The notes: generated by a model from the letters alone, not told the origin. A stretch of 53,479 nt of DNA from Chara braunii (GCA_003427395.1 BFEA01000013.1:6434088-6487566), one strand, 5' to 3'; positions 25,747 through 40,080 are shown, counted from the first letter of the stretch. Made by a program: numbers and translations.

Positions 25747-28700
25747 GGATTGCAGGGTTGACATGAGTGAAGTCCGCTACTTTTCTTAGGGGTATGACCT
25801 GACTCTGGGTGACATGGTAAGTGGTGAGTCCTTATCCATCAGTCAAATGCATCATGGACAAACTGTCGGGGCTCAATCCTCCTAATGTATATAGTTACAA
25901 TCATGACAAAGTTTAAAACAAGATAATAACAGAAATAATACTAGTAGTCTACTACTACTAATAATAATAATATCAATAATATAGTAATAGTGAAAGTATA
26001 TAAGCTATCTTTAAGGTCCAATACATGCAAGGGAAGTGGTAGGTCGTCGATAATCCAGGTAAGCGCCCTGATGTGCTTATCACCTTCTTTCCCACTTGTG
26101 CATTTTTTTTCTTCCTCATCCTACTAGCACATGCACTTTCGAGCAGTGCGACCGTTTTCCTCCTTCCTATCCTATTTCCCTCCTTGTTCTTCTTCCGATT
26201 GCTATCCTCTAAATGCTCCCTCTCTATCTAAGTGCGTGTTCTCTCTCCTTGCTAGCCATGTCATTCCTTCCCTGCGCATTTGTCTCCTTGCTTCCCACAC
26301 AGTCTTCCTCTTCCTTTGCGTGGTAAGTCCAATCACATCATTGTATGATCGTCACACATGTATTTTGGCCTCAATCGTAACCAGATTAACACAAATTATA
26401 AGAATAAATAATAATAGATCATAACAAATAATAATATCAATGTTAGTAATAAGTTAAGAAAAATACTAATAACAATAATAAATCAACTATAATGAACGTA
26501 TACAAAACTATCTTTCCAGTCCGGTACATTAAATATGAGGGTGCATTGTATTTTGGGGTTGGCAGTCTGTGGCAACAAGGTAAGTCTCTCCCTTTTTTTT
26601 CTCTCACTCTCTCTCTCTTTGTTTTGTCCTCCTACCTCTTCTTCTCTCTCTTTTTTCTCGTTGTCGTCGTACCCTCCCCGGTTATACTAACTAAGCTTGA
26701 CGCAAGTGAACCCGAGATACAGAGGACGATAACCTTCATAGCCCTTAACCAGAAGGCAGCGGAACCATGACGCAACACGATCCGTCACGATGTGCAATAT
26801 ACAGAGACCAGGTCAAGGGGCACACGGCAGGCATAAGCTCGCATTCCCACAAGTCATGCGGATAATAGGCCCAACCTCACCACGTCATCTGTGGAGGCAT
26901 CACACATCCCACAAGTCTCCACCTTCGCAGATGGTAAGCTGTTGAAGCAGGAGCGAGGCCACCTTCGCCACCGCTCCATGACTCCACTCGAATGACAAAG
27001 AGCGCAGAGCCTCCTTACCAAGTCGCAACACCACCCAAGACAGATGGAACGCATCATTGTGAGTGCAGACACAAAGACTACACCACAACAAAGACGTATT
27101 TGCTCTCCCTGAAACCTACGGAATGAGGGTGCTGAACTTGAGAGTCAGTGATAACCACCGCCGCCATTCCCACCGACAGATGACTGCTAACCAGATCGCT
27201 ACCAGCAATCTGGCGCCAATCATCGTAAGACGACGAGTGAAGGGTGGGCGCAACGATCCACCAGCCAGCGCCACCGCATCGAGAAGCCCCGACAGCCGCA
27301 ACCACTGCCAGCAACGAGCAACTTGTCGTGAAAGCCCTCTGAAAGAGACGACTCGAGGCCCGAACGACGCTGCAAAAATCCTCAATCGACCATCAGAAAA
27401 TAACTCCCCTCTCCCACAAAAACTGGAAACCACCGAAAATATGTGCAGAGAGTCCCTAGTAACTCAAGTACAAAGCCTAAAACCCACGCCCGAAATGTTG
27501 CCAGCATCGACTGCATGGCCACGTGAAACACCCTCTCCCCTTCTCTCTTCTTCTCCTTCTTCTTCTTTGTTGTCTTTTTTTTTTTTTTTTTTTCCCTCCT
27601 ACCACTACTTCTACTACTTCTTCAGGTACCTCTCCCGAGTATTGTCGTCACCTTCTTCTGCGCGACCATCTCCTCTCTTTTCTCAAACGGTTTCTCCTCT
27701 ACTCCCTACACACTCATCTGCTTCCCGCTTACCATCTTCACCCTGCGCTCACTCCTTTTCTTCCGTGCATTCACTTTTCCTCCTTCTCGTTGTGCATGCG
27801 TTTTCCCTTTTCTGCTCATGCATCCATTTCACCTTGTTGCTCGCTTCAATCTCAGTCAGTCACGCATGCTTTCCATCTTGAGTTGCACCGTGTGTCCATC
27901 GTCAACCTGATCTGGACGCTTATTTTTTAGCTCACCTTCCTCTTCTCGTGTTAACATCGCCTCCTTCATGTTCATGTTCTCCGTTACCTCGGCTTCGAAT
28001 CGCGCTCACAACAGAAAAAAAGTGGTGTAATTAAAAGTTAGTTTATCACATACATTTGCGTATAACAACAGATTATAAACAGTTTATAAACATTTTGAGG
28101 GAGGGGTTCACGTATATACATTCATAAAGCCAATCAATCTGCTTTGGACAAATATTGATCATGTTCTCTGTGTTGGTATAGTTGTTTTAAACTGTATACA
28201 AACAATTTAGCAACAGTTGATTTTGTGTTGAAAATTTCGCTCATGTGTTGAAAATCTGTTGATAAACAGTTGATATCCTGTTGAAATCATGTTGGAATAA
28301 TATGGTTGTGAATTATATTAAAAATTCAACATATTCAGGCTGACAAAAAACTTTCAAAATTACACTATAGTATTGTTTGCATAGTATCCTTACGTGTTAA
28401 GGATATGTTGTTGATGTCGACGTCATTGAAAACCAACTTCCTAATATTTATGAATCTAATAGATTTACATGGGTCTCTCTCTCTCCTTTTATTTTTTTGT
28501 TTGTTCTCTCTCTCTGTCTCTCTCAATAGAAGGATGTAACAAAATTTGTTTCTCATAGCACAACATCACGCACATTCTCTATAATGCATACTATGGTCAT
28601 TGCAAAACTTCTTATTTAGATGCAGTTGAATAAGTGTAGCATCGAATCGAATCTATGTGTAATTCAGTACGTAGGTCGTGTTGAAAAACTTACGCTGATT

Positions 28701-28982
28701 TGAGCCTTGACTCAGACACTTCATCGACTAGTACCCTTTGTACATTTGGCTTAGATATCCAAATTTACTCTTTCTTGGTGTTAAACAGATTAGGATCTTT
28801 TGATGAGGCTAATAGCCCTATACATTTCATTAAAGGATGACTACAGTCTTCCCCCGAACAAAACGCACGTATGTACTATTCAACTTTCTCTGGAAAACTC
28901 AATTTTTTGAAGTAGCTCCCGAAAATCCGAATAGTACGCACCTTCAAATAGTACACACGTGTGTACTAATCGAATAGTACGC

Positions 28983-29015
<33 letters not shown>

Positions 29016-29026
29016 CCCCCCCCCCN

Positions 29027-29166
29027 CCGGACTCTAGCCGCAATCGCCGCAGAAAATGGGATTACCGCGTGCTCCAAGAAACGGCTGACCAAAGACACAG
29101 CTCGAAGTACCGCAGCCAGAAAAGGGGATGAACACGCCCTCCAAGAAACGACAGGCCGAACTGCTC

Positions 29167-29218
<52 letters not shown>

Positions 29219-31557
29219 TTATCTATCTCGCTGGCTTCCCTATCACTATCTGACGTGGTGGTCTTCTTGTCTATGTACAGTCGGGCCTCACTCCACCCCT
29301 CTACACATGCAGGATGTATACTTTCATCTTCTAGGGGAAGATTCATTTTGGAGACTTTTTTTTTTTTTTTTTTTTAATGAGGACCATTTCTCGATTAATG
29401 TGTATAGCTCCAACTGTGACTAATGCCCCAAGGACAGACCCATGGTTGCAAGGGCATATAGCAGATTTTTTCTGAGAGCCGGTTTTCTGAAGTTGGTGCC
29501 CAAAACCCGTAGCATAACGCATGTGCGTAGAATACGAATACAAGGCACCTCATGCATTGTATTCATATACAACACACGTGCGTTTTGTTCGGGGGAAGAC
29601 TGTAGCCTATCTTGATGTGGATGCATGATTTAAAGGGTCAAAAACCTATATTTGTTTCTTCCAAAAGTTAAAGTTTTATGCATAATGCTTTTGTCTTTGC
29701 TTGTGGGAAAATGTAAAGATAACTTCTTGCCTTTGGGTCTTTATCCTCAAAGTCTATTCATTATATTGATTGAAAAAGGCATGTGTGGCACAAATAGGTT
29801 ATGGGTTGAGAGTAATAGGTTAAAATGTTGTATGTGTAAAAGTTCGTCAAAGTTAAGTCGACCTAAATCGTAAGCCCGTCCGAGAGATCAGCGCCCTGAT
29901 GCTCGGCACATATACGGGCTCGTCTTATGCGTTCTACCGCGTGTATGCCTATGCTACAGCGATCGTGCAAACGCCCTCAACTAACCTACCTCTGCGATTG
30001 CAAGTAAAAACCTTCACACATGAGTCAGTAGCTCAACACGAATACTCTTACCTAAGGATGGTGACAACCCCTCAGGGAGAGGTGAGTTGTACCTCGCGGA
30101 GTTTGTCCTGTCGCTGGGAACCGTAAGAGGTATAGCTGGCACGCACGGTCAGGGTGATATCTTCGCTGCCTTAAAAGCAAGACCTTACTCCTGCGTGACA
30201 CGACCGTGAGGTCCGACACTTGCCGCAAGGGGTGGGACCACCATGCCCGACAGCGGGATGAATATCAGTCACCACAAGCATTCCTCTTCTGGGGTTTTCT
30301 GGCGGACCGCCCGAAGTATCGGTTCTTTTGGTGATGGACTAAACGTACGACAACCAACACAAAAGAATGACGTTTCCTTTTCCTAAATCGTCGGGGCGCA
30401 TGTGGTGTCGAAGGGGACAGTATCCCGACCCTCCTCAGTGTACCGGGCACACCCTTATTCATGATTTGCTCCTTGATTGGTCCCAGTTGGCGCTCACTAT
30501 GACAAAAGGGTGGGGGGGCACCACTGACCTTTCCTTTGGTCCACGAGGGTTCGGAGCCCTGCTGTACAGCAGACTACAACCGGCCCGTGCTCGTGATAGC
30601 CACTACGCTCGCCCCAAGGATGCGAAGGTAGGAGTCTTTTCTATTGCAAGTCGATTTTCAAAGTGTCGAGTTATGGGACAAATGCGTCAGTCGCTGTCAC
30701 AATCAAAAGAGAAGAAAATAAAAGAATGAGTAAGAAAAACAAAAACAGAGTGCCGCATTTTAAAAATTGTTCCCTGCTCTAAGCTTTTATTTTAGTTCTG
30801 ATCAATCGGATGGTCCCAAACGATCGCGACGTTACGATTTCATAAGTGTACATGGGTTTTCCTTCTTCATATTTTGTTTTTCCAAACCTAATCCCCCTGT
30901 AGTGAATCCAGGGTGGAACGAACGGTTTATTTACGAATTGAATTATAAACGGGCGGCCTAGACTGGTTTGACCCCTTGTGAACCATTTTTGTTTAGTTGA
31001 AGTGACCTACGAGACGTCGCGATATATACCCTAAAAAAGCAAGGTACTCCCGCCTGCACTGGTAGGACGCTTATCACCCCTCATGAAAGGTCATAAACCT
31101 TTTTCTTACCATCGGCCACGGACCCCTACTATTGGTAGGTCTGTTGTCCCTTTTAAAGGATGGAGACCGTCGGTCTGTATGCCTTTGTGGGACCATGCTG
31201 CGCACTGAGCCTACAGCCTTTTCAGGTTAAGCTGAAGAGACTGCAGGCGTAGATAGAAAAGCACGTTCGTTTAATGTTTGTTGGGTTTTGGTTCTGATTA
31301 TACTTTTTTTATTGGTCGAGAGAATTATCATAATATTTAATCGTTTAAGAGTTATGTTACCGGGCTGGACGTTCGGGACCCCCCTGATTGTCCGGGGTTA
31401 TCTGGTCGGATAACTGGTCGGACTTCCTCCCGGGGCATTCTTTCCAAGTCCGAACGCAAAAAAAAAAAAAAAAAAAAAAAAATCCAAAAAAAAAAACGTT
31501 ATGTAAAAAAATAAACTAAACAACTTTTATCGAGGAATTATATTGAAATTATTTATC
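29027..31557 (+). repeat. 2.5-kb segment repeated apparently identically at 36567-39097 (offset 7540)
   Basis: No differences seen by eye; the ORF track is identical in both copies. Confidence 0.95.
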
Positions 31558-33719
31558 AAAATTAAAATAAAAAATAAAACCAAAGACACACCCAATTTGT
31601 TTTTCTCCCTTTCATGCTGCTAAAAACGAAGTTGTCCGAGCCCGGACGTCCAAGACCCTCCTGATTGTCCGACTAGGACGTCCTGCTATCAAACAACGGG
31701 TAGCCTAGTTTAAGATAATTTTGGAAGCCTCCCGAGTCCTTCGTTTAGAACATAGGGACTGCCCTTTTCAAGTTCCCTAAAAAAGCAGTTGCGAGGCTAT
31801 TCTAGTTAGTGAATAACATGTGCTCACATATAGTCATGTTGTCATCTCCCTTTCTTGAGTCAGATAGCGGTGTAGAGGCTGCGGTTATCTGAGCCTGGTA
31901 CTTCGGCAACTTGCACGCGCTGTGTGAGTGAGTGTGCAAGTAGTCGATGTTGGCGTTAGGCTTTGGCTATTGTGAAAGAGAGTGGTTGTGGCTTACTGGA
32001 CAAGTCTTTACGGCTACATACCCAGACACCTCAAATATTTATGGAGTTGGGAGCCTAAGAGTGAGGAAAGTGCTAAAGTGGACGCTATTCTGAATTATAG
32101 TAAGTACGATAGGCTAGTTAAATAAAAAATTTATATCAACGGGGGGAAGGAGCAAGAGATGAGAGAGGATGAAGAAGATGCAAGTGGGACGATGTTAGTG
32201 CCGCACTGCAGGTTACCGTCACGTATCATGAGGAGGAAACGTCTGGCGGGATCACAAAACCGAAGCAATGGCAACTGGATCGGGCTCCAAAACTGAGTTT
32301 GAGGTCAGTGATGCGGCCACACAGTCCTGACACTGATTGGACCAGTGGCTATGGGATCACCCGCCTGCTGCATCAGTAGAGGACGCCCTTGAGGCCAGCT
32401 TACGACGAGGGAGGGACTGAGGTAAACTCAAAACGAACAACAGAAATCAGCAGGTATGACGAGCACTCGTACTGGTTAATAGACCACGAACAATGAAAAT
32501 CTGCGGGGTTGCCATTATAGTATGAATGTGTATTCGTCGCGTCGTTGTCGCCCGTCTGTGTAGCCTGTGCTGCTCCAGTCACCATCCGGGTCTTCAACAT
32601 ACCACCTCCACCTCCCCCACCCTCATCGCCATCCCCGCTGCACTGAGGTCCTTCCCCATACATCTCCTGAAGTCCACCCGCCTCTCACCATCTCACATGT
32701 CAGCGTCCTCGTCCACCTCACCCCTGCCACCATCGTCACCTGTCTCTACAACGGCGGTATGTGCATCAACACCCCCCACCTACGACACAGCACCCTCTGC
32801 ACGTTGGGGCAACCCAGTCTCCCTCTCATGCTGTAAATTTGCTCTCCACTCCCTCTCCTATGTCAATACACATCGGGCAGCCATCCATCCAGTTGTAAGA
32901 GAGTGGAGTGATCGCTTTGCTCCATAGCACTCTCCCTCCCCCATCGACCATGCACCCGTGTCACGCTGGGGGTAGTCCTATCTCCCTCTCATGCTGCAAA
33001 TTTGCTCTCCTCTTTCTTTCATGCCTAAATATATACTAGGAAGTCATCCATCCAGCTGCCAGAGAGTGCTCGTGGTCTTTGAGTTCTATGGCACTCTCCC
33101 TCCCTCATACACCCTACACCGCAGGTCTATAGTTCACGTCATCAAACGCCTGAGCCCTGCATCCATACTCGTCGCAGTCTCCACCAACATCTCCAAAGTC
33201 GCATTTGTAAATGTGCCATCTATCTGGTGGTGCATCTCGACAACAAGTGTCTGCAATAAGTCCTCGATCGGACCCTTCACGTCTACTGCGAAACCTGGCT
33301 CAAAACCCCCCGACGGAATCGACATAGTTGGTGCCGCTAAACCAACCTCCTTGTTGTCTAAGTACTCTCCCACCTCTCCGTCTGCCTCCTAAGTACTTTG
33401 GCCGTCATCTAAGTCCCTGTGGTTTGTCCACACTTCCTCCTCATATTGTCCGCTGCCATAGGGTCAACAGGAGGATCGCACTCGATATTCTCGTCATATC
33501 TGACAAGCTCCGCGGCACGACGACCAAGAATCTGCTCCACAGGAGGTGGATGCTCCAGGACCAACTATCGTTGAATCCTTGTCACTTGTCGTCTGATGTC
33601 CTCCTCAGAGACCACGGAGGCTGGTAACATTCCTTTGTTGCGCAACTCTAGGAGATCGTTGTCCAGACCCTCCTACAATTCACCCCATGGCAGCACGTAC
33701 CCCCCCCCACTCTCCCTAC

Positions 33720-35950
33720 ACTGACTTAGACATTTGTCATGATCTCAACCAACTGAGTAAGATTTGCGAAACCAAGCCCATTGCGACATCGACCATGGAT
33801 CTGCTCGTGCACCGCCCAGTTCCGTCTCCACAAGAAAGGCACAAACCCAAACGTATATGAGACGGATGACAAGGTTAGAAAACTCACAACCGATTTGACC
33901 GTAATCGAGCCACCAACCAATAATGCGCTATATCTCCTCCTCTCCTCGCATAATTGTGCCTCCCTATAACCGTCTTTCCCGCCTTAATCATATTTAGGAC
34001 CCCGAGAGTAGAAGTTTTTCAACTGCTTGCACACCGTCGTGTAATTCTCACCCGACTTGTTAAACCCAGCCTGGTTGAACAAGTACTTCAAACACATATC
34101 GGCCACCTTCTTCTGTTGAGGCAATCGACTCGGGCAGACACCAACAGGTGTGTGACCCTCGCCTAGATAGCCTAGATGACCATATTTTTCCACTAAGTGA
34201 AGTTTATCTCCAACTCGTTGAGCTCCTCACGCAATTGAGAAACCCACTGGTAAATGTGAAAAAAATTATCATGCCGCCACAATCCAACTGCCTAAGCAGC
34301 TTCATAAAGGGATCAGCTCATCGATTTCCACCCAGAAGAGGGGGTGTTGCCCTTGCAACCTACCCCACCTAGCCTAGACCTAGCATAGTCATGCTCACTC
34401 ACCCTCAATCATCATCCACTCCAATGCGGTCCTCCTGTCCTCCAACCTCTCGATCATAATGAACATTGAGGCGAAGCGCATCTAACATCGGTACAGCAAC
34501 TCGTGTCCTCTACCAACCTACCACCTCTACCACCTCTACCGCCTTTGTCGCCACCACCGCCACTTTCCTTTGCGACTGGTGAAGGATACCTTGCGTTATG
34601 CCATTGAAATAATGTTAGAGAAGAGTCGTGCAATCTGATGAATTGCACCACCGCTCTAGCCCTAACAAGCACCTCCTCTGCCCATATAAGCTTACCAATG
34701 TAAGACAACAACAAGTTGCAGATATGGACAGAGCATGGGATCCAAGGTATATGTCTAATCTCCAAGGGTCGTTGAGGCTCACCCAACATCTGATTTGCAG
34801 CGACATAGACGAAAGCAGAGTCCATGCAAATGGCATTGTCGTTCTTGATGTAAGATTCCTGGAAGACACCTATCCAACGTTACAAAACCATATCCACAGT
34901 CTCCCTATCCACCCCCTCCGTGCGCACTGTCCTTAACAAGAACGCCCCACCATATCGACAACTAGAAAGTTAATAATCTAGTCTGGGTTGATAAACTTCC
35001 TGCCACTTATGAGGATGGTGGCACCAGTGTGGTCCATGCGCTGACGCAGATCTTTAAGTTGGTCAGCCACATTGTCAACCTGCTGCGACACTTCCACCCC
35101 GATATAAGCTTGAAACCCGGAAGTGTTGGGCTAAAGTCACCAAGCATGTTGCACATATGCTGTTGTGGCACTCTGCTCTCCGGCTTCCTCGCCCTCTCAA
35201 AGGCGATGTCACTGCTATACCACCACTGCATAAGCAGGTCATCAAACCTGGTCTTCCATGAAGGGTCGTACACATCATCAACCCTTGTCTACCTCATCCT
35301 CTTCGAGGTTGGCAGCGTCTCGCCAGTCTATGCATCCCCTCTCCTCTTCTCGATTGCTATTATGGCACGAGCAGAAGCCTCTTGGCCAACACGACCATCT
35401 CTCATCAGGCGCCCATTGTGAGTTGTGCCCAACCTTCCCTTTAACTCCTCATCACCCTCGCCAACCATCTAGTCACTTAGGCCCTTGCAACGAGGATGCC
35501 CTCCTGCAAAAGAAACAGAAATGTCTTTATCCTTGGCCACCATATCCTGACCCTCCCCGCCCACCTCACCCGCGACGTCATCCTCACCCCCACCCTGTCC
35601 AAAACAACATGGACTTCGTCCATCGGGGCCACCACCCCGCCCGCATGCACATAAGGGATCCCCTTGAACTCCGTGTACTCGAGCGCTCCCCTCTCCCGTA
35701 CGGGGTCGATCTCGTACTTTGTGTCATTCCAAATCTCTGTCAAAACTTCACCGCACTTTCTGGCACCACCCCTTCATCATGAAGTGCTTTGCCCTTCTGC
35801 ATTGGTTGTCGTAAAAGTCTTTGCTGCAAAGGTCGCACTTCATCCTGAATTGTCGTGACAACCCTCCACCAGTTACTACTTCGTGATGTATTTAAAAATA
35901 CAACACTGAAGAATGACGGCCACGAACGGCTCGTTGGCTCCTTTCTTCTC
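33720..35950 (-). pseudogene. Decayed hAT transposase (BED zinc finger, DUF659, dimerisation domain)
   Basis: BED-like RMKCDLCSKDFYDNQCRRAKHFMMKGWC (~35755-35850); FDDLLMQWWYSSDIAFE; IINFLV; DSAFVYVAA..IPWIPCSVHICNLLLSYIG; C-terminal RRNWAVHEQIHGRCRNGLGFANLTQLV. Many stops and frameshifts. Confidence 0.85.
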
Positions 35951-36440
35951 CAATGATGTTGCCGCAGCCACAGACTGGGCCGCCCTATCTCGCTCAGATC
36001 AAGAAAAACCACGAACAGCAACCCCTTTCCCCCAGCCCCTCCCCTCTTCAAACGCACCCAGCCAACCCCCCCACCCTAAAAAACCACCTTGAGCGCTGCC
36101 CTCTCCCGCACGGGGTCGAGCTTGTACTTTATATCGTTCCAAATCTTTGCCAAAACTTCACCGTGCACTTTCTGGCACCACCCCTTCGTCATGAAGTGTT
36201 GTGCCTCTCTGGATTGGCTTCCCTAGAAGTCGTTGCCGCAAGTTATCGTAATGTATTTAAAATTACAACACTGAAGAATAGCCCTGCGCTGACGACCACG
36301 AACGGCTCGTCGGCTCCCTCCTTCGACGCCGTTGCCACAGTCGCAGGCCGTGCCGCCCTCTCTTTCCCATATCCAGAAAAACCGAGATCAACAACCCCTT
36401 TCCCCCAGCCCCTCTCCCGCTAACCCACCCGGCCAACCCC
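35680..36440. repeat. ~410-bp diverged tandem duplication of the hAT 5'/BED-finger region
   Basis: gagcgct.ccctctcccg.acggggtcga..gtacttt..caaaacttcaccg..cactttctggcacc at 35681 and 36091. Confidence 0.85.
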
Positions 36441-36450
36441 CCCCAGTGTA

Positions 36451-36482
36451 CTTATACACATCTAGATGTGTATAAGAGACAG
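36451..36482. other. Nextera mate-pair junction adapter (artefact)
   Basis: CTTATACACATCT+AGATGTGTATAAGAGACAG, directly preceding the duplicated block. Confidence 0.97.
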
Positions 36483-36509
36483 CTCTCTCTCTCTCTCTCT
36501 CTCTCTGTG

Positions 36510-36555
<46 letters not shown>

Positions 36556-36566
36556 CCCCCCCCCCG

Positions 36567-36706
36567 CCGGACTCTAGCCGCAATCGCCGCAGAAAATGGG
36601 ATTACCGCGTGCTCCAAGAAACGGCTGACCAAAGACACAGCTCGAAGTACCGCAGCCAGAAAAGGGGATGAACACGCCCTCCAAGAAACGACAGGCCGAA
36701 CTGCTC

Positions 36707-36758
<52 letters not shown>

Positions 36759-39097
36759 TTATCTATCTCGCTGGCTTCCCTATCACTATCTGACGTGGTG
36801 GTCTTCTTGTCTATGTACAGTCGGGCCTCACTCCACCCCTCTACACATGCAGGATGTATACTTTCATCTTCTAGGGGAAGATTCATTTTGGAGACTTTTT
36901 TTTTTTTTTTTTTTTAATGAGGACCATTTCTCGATTAATGTGTATAGCTCCAACTGTGACTAATGCCCCAAGGACAGACCCATGGTTGCAAGGGCATATA
37001 GCAGATTTTTTCTGAGAGCCGGTTTTCTGAAGTTGGTGCCCAAAACCCGTAGCATAACGCATGTGCGTAGAATACGAATACAAGGCACCTCATGCATTGT
37101 ATTCATATACAACACACGTGCGTTTTGTTCGGGGGAAGACTGTAGCCTATCTTGATGTGGATGCATGATTTAAAGGGTCAAAAACCTATATTTGTTTCTT
37201 CCAAAAGTTAAAGTTTTATGCATAATGCTTTTGTCTTTGCTTGTGGGAAAATGTAAAGATAACTTCTTGCCTTTGGGTCTTTATCCTCAAAGTCTATTCA
37301 TTATATTGATTGAAAAAGGCATGTGTGGCACAAATAGGTTATGGGTTGAGAGTAATAGGTTAAAATGTTGTATGTGTAAAAGTTCGTCAAAGTTAAGTCG
37401 ACCTAAATCGTAAGCCCGTCCGAGAGATCAGCGCCCTGATGCTCGGCACATATACGGGCTCGTCTTATGCGTTCTACCGCGTGTATGCCTATGCTACAGC
37501 GATCGTGCAAACGCCCTCAACTAACCTACCTCTGCGATTGCAAGTAAAAACCTTCACACATGAGTCAGTAGCTCAACACGAATACTCTTACCTAAGGATG
37601 GTGACAACCCCTCAGGGAGAGGTGAGTTGTACCTCGCGGAGTTTGTCCTGTCGCTGGGAACCGTAAGAGGTATAGCTGGCACGCACGGTCAGGGTGATAT
37701 CTTCGCTGCCTTAAAAGCAAGACCTTACTCCTGCGTGACACGACCGTGAGGTCCGACACTTGCCGCAAGGGGTGGGACCACCATGCCCGACAGCGGGATG
37801 AATATCAGTCACCACAAGCATTCCTCTTCTGGGGTTTTCTGGCGGACCGCCCGAAGTATCGGTTCTTTTGGTGATGGACTAAACGTACGACAACCAACAC
37901 AAAAGAATGACGTTTCCTTTTCCTAAATCGTCGGGGCGCATGTGGTGTCGAAGGGGACAGTATCCCGACCCTCCTCAGTGTACCGGGCACACCCTTATTC
38001 ATGATTTGCTCCTTGATTGGTCCCAGTTGGCGCTCACTATGACAAAAGGGTGGGGGGGCACCACTGACCTTTCCTTTGGTCCACGAGGGTTCGGAGCCCT
38101 GCTGTACAGCAGACTACAACCGGCCCGTGCTCGTGATAGCCACTACGCTCGCCCCAAGGATGCGAAGGTAGGAGTCTTTTCTATTGCAAGTCGATTTTCA
38201 AAGTGTCGAGTTATGGGACAAATGCGTCAGTCGCTGTCACAATCAAAAGAGAAGAAAATAAAAGAATGAGTAAGAAAAACAAAAACAGAGTGCCGCATTT
38301 TAAAAATTGTTCCCTGCTCTAAGCTTTTATTTTAGTTCTGATCAATCGGATGGTCCCAAACGATCGCGACGTTACGATTTCATAAGTGTACATGGGTTTT
38401 CCTTCTTCATATTTTGTTTTTCCAAACCTAATCCCCCTGTAGTGAATCCAGGGTGGAACGAACGGTTTATTTACGAATTGAATTATAAACGGGCGGCCTA
38501 GACTGGTTTGACCCCTTGTGAACCATTTTTGTTTAGTTGAAGTGACCTACGAGACGTCGCGATATATACCCTAAAAAAGCAAGGTACTCCCGCCTGCACT
38601 GGTAGGACGCTTATCACCCCTCATGAAAGGTCATAAACCTTTTTCTTACCATCGGCCACGGACCCCTACTATTGGTAGGTCTGTTGTCCCTTTTAAAGGA
38701 TGGAGACCGTCGGTCTGTATGCCTTTGTGGGACCATGCTGCGCACTGAGCCTACAGCCTTTTCAGGTTAAGCTGAAGAGACTGCAGGCGTAGATAGAAAA
38801 GCACGTTCGTTTAATGTTTGTTGGGTTTTGGTTCTGATTATACTTTTTTTATTGGTCGAGAGAATTATCATAATATTTAATCGTTTAAGAGTTATGTTAC
38901 CGGGCTGGACGTTCGGGACCCCCCTGATTGTCCGGGGTTATCTGGTCGGATAACTGGTCGGACTTCCTCCCGGGGCATTCTTTCCAAGTCCGAACGCAAA
39001 AAAAAAAAAAAAAAAAAAAAAATCCAAAAAAAAAAACGTTATGTAAAAAAATAAACTAAACAACTTTTATCGAGGAATTATATTGAAATTATTTATC
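36567..39097 (+). repeat. Second copy of 29027-31557, probably a false duplication
   Basis: Begins just after the adapter junction and ends at an N gap. Confidence 0.9.
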
Positions 39098-39132
39098 NNN
39101 NNNNNNNNNNNNNNNNNNNNNNNNNNNNNNNN

Positions 39133-39192
<60 letters not shown>

Positions 39193-39707
39193 TGCAAGCG
39201 CACACTCACTCGTTCTCCAGCTTGGCATGCTGCAACCAACGGGGACCCTAAATGCGAAATACGAGAGAAGTGGACCACAGCCCTCTATCCCGCAACACTG
39301 GCGGCAGCACCACATCAAACCATCAGGGGTAGGTCTTCCCCCCATCCCACAACGAACCATAACATCATGAAGCCCCTCCGCCCCGCCAGGAACCCACCCT
39401 ATGCGCAACGGCCTCCCCCCAAAACACCGTTTTCTTCTTTCTAATGTTTTTAGTGAAAAACAATTGAATGAACTTTATTTATTTAAAAAAAAAATACAGA
39501 CCTGCAGCAAGACCCCCCATACACGGCCATGAGAAAAACAAAATCCCACCCAGCCAAAAAAAAAGAAAAAAAAGTGACGGGCATCCCAGTCACCCAGCCG
39601 CGGACGCCCGTTCACGGATTTCATGAACGTGTGGCTGGGACCTGGTCACGGTACCCGCCATTCATGAATGGGGGGCAGGCACTGCATTGAACAATAGGGG
39701 AGAAACA

Positions 39708-39791
<84 letters not shown>

Positions 39792-40001
39792 AATGATTCA
39801 GGCCAAAGCAACGTTGATCATCGCCACCATGATGAAAATCAAGCAATGGAGCAATCAGTTAATCAATCAATCTATTCAGGTCCATCATATAGAGGTAAAC
39901 GATAGTGTATATGCGCAACGGGCATTGCGCATATTCATTATTGTTTACCACCGCATGAAGAACATTGCTAACATCCGAACATGGATGGCACATTGTTCAA
40001 G

Positions 40002-40080
<79 letters not shown>

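Noticed and set aside
27063-27881. 272-aa ORF
   Set aside because: No domain motif; runs through poly-T and pyrimidine-rich low-complexity sequence.
30110-30640. Group I intron-like words (gctgggaa, cagactac, aaggtaggagtc)
   Set aside because: P7 pairing is imperfect and I could not build P3/P4/P6; a cmscan would be needed.
31232-31262. Hammerhead-like CUGAAGA..GAAA
   Set aside because: Stem II does not close and there is no stem I or III; the sequence is one arm of a simple hairpin.
36451-36482. Tn5/IS50 mosaic-end palindrome as a bacterial insertion (also 25263-25292)
   Set aside because: Exact Nextera junction adapter; technical origin.
29027-39097. Giant LTR element with identical 2.5-kb LTRs capturing a hAT transposase
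   Set aside because: No TG..CA ends, PBS or TSD; the second copy starts at a sequencing adapter and ends in a gap.
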